NCBI GenBank assembly: GCA_012965625.1
Contig: DTSC01000164.1
Coordinates: 1-33,225 of the forward strand
DNA: 33,225 bases
Origin: Flavobacteriales bacterium
Lineage (GTDB): Bacteria > Bacteroidota > Bacteroidia > NORP154
Direction: 5' to 3'
Shown here: one piece after another, positions 27,211 to 33,225 of the stretch
How positions within the stretch are numbered: position 1 is the stretch's first letter
Layout: each line of letters starts with the position of its first letter
Made by a program: the position numbers and the translations under genes
The notes under the pieces: generated by a model
The model's input: the letters and a program-made list of their open reading frames with translations, nothing else
The model's database searches: none
What the model was told of the DNA's origin: nothing

Positions 27211-27981
27211 TTAAAATCTCAAATGCTTGACTGAGACTCCCTTATTCTTCAATTCCAGAAGAGAATCAATGCCAATATCCAAATGCCCTTTTAAAAATTT
27301 AGCGCTAATTTTTTTGTCGCTTTCAGTAGTTTTGACCCCCTCAGAGATCATTGGTTGATCAGATACTAAAAGCAAGGCACCAACAGGAATTTCATCGTAG
27401 AACCCAGCAGTAAAAAGGGTAGCGGTCTCCATATCTATTGCCATGCACCGTAATTTTCTCAGATACTTCTTAAAATCATTGTCGTGCTCCCAAACCCTTC
27501 TGTTGGTTGTGTATACGGTACCGCTCCAATAGTCCTTCTTATAGGACCGTATAACCGTTGAAACGGCTTTCTGTAACCTAAATGCCGGTAAGGCTGGGAC
27601 TTCTGGAGGCATATAGCTATCTGAGGTCCCCTCTCCCCTGATCGCCCCTATGGGTAAGATCAGATCACCTAATTTATTTTTCCTTTTAAGTCCACCACAT
27701 TTCCCCAGAAACAAAACTGCCTTTGGTTTGATCGCCGTCAACAGATCCATGGTTGTTGCTGCATTTGGGCTTCCCATTCCAAAATTTATGATCGTAATGC
27801 CGTCACAGCTGGCATTAGGCATGGGCTTATCCTTGCCAATAATTTTTACCTTGTACTTCTTTGCAAAAAGATCTATGTACTGGTTAAAATTAGTCAGCAG
27901 AATGTACTTTTCGAAGTCTTTTAATTTCCTGCCAGTATATCTAGGAAGCCAACCTGCTACTATTTGATCTTTACTTTTCAT
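27211..27981 (-). CDS. AMP nucleosidase-like / nucleoside phosphorylase-I family protein (short form without the regulatory N-domain)
   Basis: 'ITIINFGMGSPNAATTMDLL', 'FLGKCGG' and 'MAIDMETATLF' resemble the catalytic domain of Amn/PNP-UDP family enzymes. Start placed at the ATG (27979-27981); the track ORF starts at an upstream TTG. Confidence 0.6.
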   Translation of the reverse strand: MKSKDQIVAGWLPRYTGRKLKDFEKYILLTNFNQYIDLFAKKYKVKIIGKDKPMPNASCDGITIINFGMGSPNAATTMDLLTAIKPKAVLFLGKCGGLKRKNKLGDLILPIGAIRGEGTSDSYMPPEVPALPAFRLQKAVSTVIRSYKKDYWSGTVYTTNRRVWEHDNDFKKYLRKLRCMAIDMETATLFTAGFYDEIPVGALLLVSDQPMISEGVKTTESDKKISAKFLKGHLDIGIDSLLELKNKGVSVKHLRF

Positions 27982-28057
27982 TATCCTTGTTTTCTCCCAC
28001 AAACTTAACCGATTTTATTTGATCCTTCTATTACATCCGGAAAACTCAAGGATTACC

Positions 28058-28065
28058 CAAATATA
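28058..28065 (-). promoter_or_regulatory. -7 box candidate TATATTTG for the AMP-nucleosidase-like gene
   Basis: Plus-strand CAAATATA, 77 nt upstream of the ATG at 27981. No clear -33 element. Confidence 0.25.
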
Positions 28066-28093
28066 TTCGCTACTATTTTTCGGGTTTTTTTAT

Positions 28094-28101
28094 TAAATTT
28101 G
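28094..28101 (+). promoter_or_regulatory. -7 box candidate TAAATTTG for the LTD/TonB-receptor gene set
   Basis: TAAATTTG lies 46 nt upstream of the ATG at 28148, back-to-back with the minus-strand candidate. No clear -33 element. Confidence 0.3.
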
Positions 28102-28147
28102 TCAACTTATAATTAATCAGGAAATTAATCTTTATGTTACATTCAAT

Positions 28148-29089
28148 ATGAAAAAATTATTACTATCAATCTTAGCAGTCGGAATCGGAAGTGTGGCTCT
28201 TGCCCAATTAACATGTACGGATTTGTTCTTTTCAGAATATGTGGAAGGATCTGGAAATAACAATGCGATGGAAATATACAATCCAACGCAAGGGACAATC
28301 GATCTAAGCCAATACCTGGTCAAACGGTATTCAAATGGTAGCGGAACTGCTACTGAAACAATAAATCTTACCGGTATGCTCGCATCTGGAGATGTGGTAG
28401 TTGTTATGAATGGTCAAACAGATTCAGTATATGTAGATCCTCCGGGATATTGGTCAGAACCTACGGATGTCGTTTTTAGATCTTATGGGGACATTTTCGA
28501 TGGAGATTATCCTGCCGTGATGTATTTCAATGGAGATGACGCTATTACCTTGGAAAAACTGGATCAAACGATTATAGACATATTTGGGAAAGTACAGGAA
28601 GATCCGGGACAGGCCTGGACGTCGGATACGTCAGCTAATTTTACAGATGCGAATGGTGGAACGTGGTGGACCAAAAGGCAAACACTTATTAGAAAGCCCA
28701 GCGTCACCGGTGGAGTGAGCATGAATCCAACTAGCTTTAACCCAACCATAGAATGGGACTCGTTACCGGATGATACATGGGATAGTCTTGGATCTCATAC
28801 CTGCCCTTGTGCCGTTGTGGGCATCAATCAGCTCAACGGAAAATCAAATAATGCAATTTTTGTGTACCCTAACCCAATTGTTGCAGGAAGTTTTGAATTA
28901 AAAGCATCAAGCACAATCGAGATGGTTGAAGTATTTGACGTAATTGGCAAGGTGGTATACCGAGAATCAACGTTTTTATACAGAGAATCGGTTAAGATAA
29001 TTCTGGGGAAAGTAAATCCAGGAATTTATTTAGTAAAAGCCGCACTGGAGAACGGAAACATCCTCACCAAAAAGGTATTGGTAAAATAA
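28148..29089 (+). CDS. Lamin-tail-domain (LTD) protein with T9SS C-terminal sorting domain and no catalytic domain
   Basis: Signal peptide. LTD pattern 'FFSEYVEGSGNNNAMEIYNPTQGTIDLSQY', 'FNGDDAITL', 'IDIFGK', 'LIRKP', as at the N-termini of ExeM/NucH-type extracellular nucleases. CTD 'VYPNPI...VEVFDVIGKVVY...GIYLVKA...KKVLVK'. Confidence 0.8.
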   Translation: MKKLLLSILAVGIGSVALAQLTCTDLFFSEYVEGSGNNNAMEIYNPTQGTIDLSQYLVKRYSNGSGTATETINLTGMLASGDVVVVMNGQTDSVYVDPPGYWSEPTDVVFRSYGDIFDGDYPAVMYFNGDDAITLEKLDQTIIDIFGKVQEDPGQAWTSDTSANFTDANGGTWWTKRQTLIRKPSVTGGVSMNPTSFNPTIEWDSLPDDTWDSLGSHTCPCAVVGINQLNGKSNNAIFVYPNPIVAGSFELKASSTIEMVEVFDVIGKVVYRESTFLYRESVKIILGKVNPGIYLVKAALENGNILTKKVLVK

Positions 29090-29129
29090 GTCAGGTAACT
29101 GCCTGATTGGTTCAGCTTATTGGCTTAGA

Positions 29130-31985
29130 ATGAAAAAAGTATTGGCTTTTGTAGCTCTGTTATGTATTTGTGCGGTTACGTACGGACAAAAGGGAAAGAT
29201 CAGTGGAACCATCAAAGATGATGTTACTAGAGAACCTCTCATTGGAGCAACAGTACTAATAGGGCCTGGAGTTGGTGCAGTCACCGATTTTGATGGCAAG
29301 TTCTCGATTGAAGCAGACTATGGTGAGTATACACTCTCAGTCTCTTTTGTTGGATTTGAAGCAAAAACAAGAGACATCACTCTGGATAGAAAACTGCTAA
29401 TACTTAAGGATTTTAAGCTAGGCACTACCACTCTAACTGAAGTCCAGATTGTGGCAGATGTGGCGAGGGAAAGAGAAACACCTGTGGCATTTACCAATGT
29501 GTTACCTGCTCAAATAGAGGAAGAGTTGGCCTCGCAAGACATTCCGATGATTCTCAATTCTACACCAGGCGTATATGCCACCCAATCAGGTGGAGGAGAT
29601 GGGGATGCCAGGATTACCATTCGCGGATTTAGTCAAAGAAACATTGCAGTAATGCTAGATGGGATTCCCGTGAACGATATGGAAAATGGTAGAGTGTACT
29701 GGTCTAATTGGTTTGGACTTGATGCAGTTACAAGAAGTATCCAGGTTCAGAGAGGACTGGGGGCTTCTAAGATTGCAATTCCTTCAGTAGGTGGCACGAT
29801 GAATATTCTAACAAAGGGTATAGACGCAAAAAAGAGTCTCTCCATCAAACAAGAAGTTGCTAATGATGGTTTTTACCGAACCACTGTAGGGCTCACCACC
29901 GGCAGAATGGAGAATGGCTTAGGTGTTACCGTTGCAGCATCTTACAAAACAGGTAATGGATGGGTTGATCAGGCTTTCACGGATGGTTGGTTTTATTACA
30001 TGAAAGTTGAAAAAAAGCTAGGAAAACACTTGCTCAGCTTAAGTGGCATGGGAGCTCCTCAGAGCCATGGTCAACGTTCTTACAAAAACTCTATTGCCAG
30101 GTTTGATTCGAAATTTGCAGGAGATTTGGGTATTACAGATGCTGACTATTATGTTCAGGATAATTCTGGTTACGATAGTCTGGTGTTTAATCCAACGGAT
30201 ACCGTTCGCAAGGTGGCTATAATGTCGAATAGAGGAAGGAGATATAACAAGCATTGGGGTGTGCTTGAGCGATTTACGATTTCCTCTAATGGTGACACAA
30301 ATCATGTGGAGGAAGAGATTGTAAATGAGAGAATCAATTACTACCACAAGCCTCAATTTGCACTGCGTGACTTCTGGACGTTGTCTGACAAAGTATATAT
30401 ATCCAATATTGTATATGTATCCATAGGCCGCGGCGGGGGAACCCGTTTGCTAAATTCACCTGATGAGAACGGTGTAGCCTATATCGAAAATGATTTCGAC
30501 CAGGCGGGACAGCTAAATATTCAGAAGATTTATAATACCAATGCCTATGGGCCTTTCTCTGTGGATGGTCTATACAGTCCAACATTGCACAAATCTGGTA
30601 ATATTATCAGTAGCTCAGTTAATAATCACAACTGGTACGGTATGCTAAGCACCCTGACGTATTATGTTTCAGATTCCCTATCAATTTCTGGTGGAATTGA
30701 TCTACGCAGCTATCGTGGAGAACACTATTCAGAAGTTCACGACCTCTTGGGTGGAGATTACTATGTAAGTGAGGACGATGAAACCACGGCAGACCTTAGC
30801 GAACCTGAGACTAGAATGAAGGAGGTTGGAGATAAGATAGGTTACAATGATGTGGGCTATGTGAGATGGGCAGGAGGCTTCGCCCAGGTGGAATACAAAA
30901 CGGGGTTGTGGAGTACGTTTTTAAATGTGTCTGGGGCCCAAACAAGTTATAAAAGAGTGGATTACTTCAAGAAGAAGGACCTTGTACTTAGTGATACTAC
31001 CTATGTGCAAGGATTAGGATTGATCGACACTATTATCAGGAACGGCAGCGTGTACACTATCAACTCCCCAGAGACCCGTTACACGGAAATTGGCTGGAAT
31101 AGCATTCCTGGATTCACCGTTAAAGGTGGAGCAAATTATAATATTAACGAATTTCACAACGTGTTTTTTAATACAGGGTATATCTCAAAAGCACCTAAGT
31201 TCATTAATGTCATAGACTATGATAATAAGTTTATTCAAAGTATAGAAAACGAAAAAATTATTGCATTTGAATTGGGCTATTCCTACAGAAGTAAAAAGTT
31301 TTCGACAAATCTAAACGGTTATTATACCTCATGGCAAAACAAGCCAGTATCAAGAGGAATGAGTTTCGAAGATAAGAACGGTGACTTCTTTAGAGTGAAT
31401 ATCAACGGAATGGATGCTTTACATATGGGTGCGGAATTAGATGCAGCCTTTAAGGTGAGCGATAAACTGAAAGTCGAGGGAGTTGTCTCTCTGGGAGATT
31501 GGACCTGGCAATCCGCTGAATGCGTAATACCATTCAATGAAAACACTTTAGAGTTCACGGATGACACCCTGTGCTTTGATGCCACGGGTGTTCATGTAGG
31601 CGATGCAGCACAGACCCAGGTTGGTGCGAGTGTACGTTACGAGTTTATCAAACGACTCTATGTTAAAGCAAGAACCACTTACTTTGCTAACCACTATGCA
31701 GATTTTAATCCATTTGGACTGAATGGAGAATTTGCCCAAAGAGAATCCTGGATAATGCCTTCCTACATGATGACAGATGCACATACTGGTTACAAGCTCC
31801 AGTTGAAAAAGTCATGGCTGGATTTCAGATTATCAGTATTGAATATATTTGACACGGCATATCTGGCAGATGCCAAAAATAATGATGGCAATTCAACGAA
31901 CGTAGCCAACTTCGATGCAGCCTCTGCAGGCGTATTTTTTGGGCTGGGTCGACGCTATAATTTGTCTCTAAAAATCACAATTTAG
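29130..31985 (+). CDS. TonB-dependent outer-membrane receptor with N-terminal CarboxypepD_reg-like domain
   Basis: 951 aa with a signal peptide. 'GKISGTIKDDVTREPLIGATVLI...DGKFSI' (CarboxypepD_reg), TonB-box-like 'LTEVQIVAD', plug 'GVYATQSGGGDGDARITIRGFSQRNIAVMLDGIPVND', then a long beta-barrel. Confidence 0.9.
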   Translation: MKKVLAFVALLCICAVTYGQKGKISGTIKDDVTREPLIGATVLIGPGVGAVTDFDGKFSIEADYGEYTLSVSFVGFEAKTRDITLDRKLLILKDFKLGTTTLTEVQIVADVARERETPVAFTNVLPAQIEEELASQDIPMILNSTPGVYATQSGGGDGDARITIRGFSQRNIAVMLDGIPVNDMENGRVYWSNWFGLDAVTRSIQVQRGLGASKIAIPSVGGTMNILTKGIDAKKSLSIKQEVANDGFYRTTVGLTTGRMENGLGVTVAASYKTGNGWVDQAFTDGWFYYMKVEKKLGKHLLSLSGMGAPQSHGQRSYKNSIARFDSKFAGDLGITDADYYVQDNSGYDSLVFNPTDTVRKVAIMSNRGRRYNKHWGVLERFTISSNGDTNHVEEEIVNERINYYHKPQFALRDFWTLSDKVYISNIVYVSIGRGGGTRLLNSPDENGVAYIENDFDQAGQLNIQKIYNTNAYGPFSVDGLYSPTLHKSGNIISSSVNNHNWYGMLSTLTYYVSDSLSISGGIDLRSYRGEHYSEVHDLLGGDYYVSEDDETTADLSEPETRMKEVGDKIGYNDVGYVRWAGGFAQVEYKTGLWSTFLNVSGAQTSYKRVDYFKKKDLVLSDTTYVQGLGLIDTIIRNGSVYTINSPETRYTEIGWNSIPGFTVKGGANYNINEFHNVFFNTGYISKAPKFINVIDYDNKFIQSIENEKIIAFELGYSYRSKKFSTNLNGYYTSWQNKPVSRGMSFEDKNGDFFRVNINGMDALHMGAELDAAFKVSDKLKVEGVVSLGDWTWQSAECVIPFNENTLEFTDDTLCFDATGVHVGDAAQTQVGASVRYEFIKRLYVKARTTYFANHYADFNPFGLNGEFAQRESWIMPSYMMTDAHTGYKLQLKKSWLDFRLSVLNIFDTAYLADAKNNDGNSTNVANFDAASAGVFFGLGRRYNLSLKITI

Positions 31986-32036
31986 CATGTCATAAATATC
32001 AAATTTATTTTCAACAATTAATCAGATAAACCAAAA

Positions 32037-33225
32037 TGAAAAAACTATTTTTTGCCATAACATGGATCGCCACAAACTCTTTATCTTTTGCCCAATCAGA
32101 CATTGCGGCAGCACGTGCAATGGGGGATGGAGCTTCTGTTACCATAACCGGAATAGTCACTAGTGGCAGTGAGTTAGGTGTTATTAGATATGTTCAAGAC
32201 CTAAGTGCAGGAATCGCCTGTTATCCAGGATCTGGATCAGTCACTTTTACACCATCTCGAGGTGATTCTATTACTATTTCAGGCACGTTAAAAGATTACA
32301 ATGGTCTTTTGGAAATTGACCCCATTACCAACGTTATTACTATATCAACTGGCAACCCCCTGCCTTCACCAGAAATCATTACTCCATTGCAAATGGATGA
32401 AAATACAGAAGGGGAATTGGTTCAGATAGACAATGTAGTCTTTGGAGCGGCCTGTTCAAATTTTCTGGGAAATACAGCTTATGGGTTTACAAGTAATAGT
32501 GAAACAGGCACCATATACGTTAAAACAGGGTCACCTCTTGAAGGCAGTCTTGTCCCAATAGGGTCTATAAGTTTAACAGGAATCATGTCTCAATTCACAT
32601 TTTCCAGCCCTGCTAATGATGGATACCAGCTCTTACCTAGAGATATTTCAGATCTTGGCTCTAGTGCAACATTTAACTTCAACTCTTGCGTTGAGCAGAT
32701 TAATATTACCAGTACCAGTTTTGACCTTGTTTGGACTACTGATAGTGCAGGAAGTACTAACATTAGATATGGACTTACTAATTCTTTAGAGTTGGGTGAT
32801 ATAAATAGTGGAGGTTCAACTACTTCCCATACTATGCAATTAACCTCATTAAGCCCAGCTGCTTTTTACTATGTAAAAGCTTATACCACAATTGGGACCG
32901 ATACTGCATTTTCTGGTATAGAATTATACTCAACAGCTTCAAACTCATCAGGTGAAATAAAAGTATACTTTAATAATCCTGTAGATACCTCGGTATCTAC
33001 AGGGACAGATGCCATCTACTTAGATGGAACTTTTAATGATACCATAGCGGCATACATCGGTCGTGCCCAAAACACAATTGATCTATCAATCTACAATAAC
33101 AATAATTCAATGATAGTAGATTCTATCAATGCGGCATACAACAGGGGTGTAAATATCAGATATGTCAGTGAGTCAGCAGTTGCAAATACTGAGCTTAGCA
33201 ATATGGATTCCAATATAGGATACAT
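32037..33225 (+). CDS. Secreted multidomain protein, 5' part only (open to the window end): OB-fold-like N-domain, FN3-like domain, start of a PLD/Nuc-like domain
   Basis: Absent from the ORF track because no stop is reached. My own translation from the ATG at 32037 gives 396 codons without a stop: 'MKKLFFAITWIATNSLSFAQ' (signal); 'GASVTITGIVTSG...GDSITISGTLKDYNGLLEI'; 'TSFDLVWTTDSAGSTNIRYGLT...YYVKAYT'; 'GEIKVYFNNPVD...AQNTIDLSIYNNNNSMIVDSINAAYNRGVNIRYV'. Confidence 0.7.

Noticed and set aside
29091-29106. Hairpin TCAGG-TAACTG-CCTGA between the LTD gene and the TonB-dependent receptor gene
   Set aside because: A 5-bp stem with no following U-tract. It is at most a weak attenuator or processing site, so not called as a terminator.
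1-33225. Search for CRISPR arrays, long direct or inverted repeats, IS elements, prophage or defence-system genes
   Set aside because: I saw no spaced repeat arrays, no transposase/integrase/recombinase-like ORFs, and no nuclease/helicase/methylase combinations typical of defence islands. This was a by-eye read, so short or diverged repeats could have been missed.

Overview
AT-rich 33.2 kb chromosomal segment that looks like Bacteroidota. Evidence: two clear type IX secretion (T9SS) C-terminal sorting domains, a CarboxypepD_reg-type TonB-dependent receptor, TTTG/TAnnTTTG-style promoter motifs and ftsK-lolA synteny. I call 31 tightly packed protein genes on both strands (the first and last run off the window) and one tRNA-Lys(UUU). 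I saw no rRNA, CRISPR array, transposase, integrase or phage genes. Most of the window is housekeeping: aroK, pyrR-like, yggS, ftsE, lolA, ftsK, argS, ffh, folD. Four blocks deserve a second look. (1) 1-4056: a YfiR(DUF4154)-TPR-HAMP/PP2C phosphatase module beside an OmpA-like gene, resembling a YfiBNR envelope-signalling system whose diguanylate cyclase output is replaced by a SpoIIE-type phosphatase. (2) 5169-6787: a three-gene operon of unknown envelope proteins, one carrying a tandem Cys-rich motif. (3) 16842-21437: an arginine/citrulline/ornithine catabolic cluster (carbamate kinase, canonical OTC, ornithine aminotransferase) with a DDAH-like amidinohydrolase where ArcA would be, plus a divergently transcribed pyruvoyl AdoMetDC-like decarboxylase. 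(4) 27211-33225: a T9SS-anchored lamin-tail-domain protein, a TonB-dependent receptor and a secreted OB-like/FN3/PLD-like protein, divergent from an AMP-nucleosidase-like gene; I read this as a candidate extracellular nucleic-acid capture and uptake locus. All functional calls rest on motifs read by eye from the supplied translations. No database or HMM search was possible, so neither homology nor novelty is verified.
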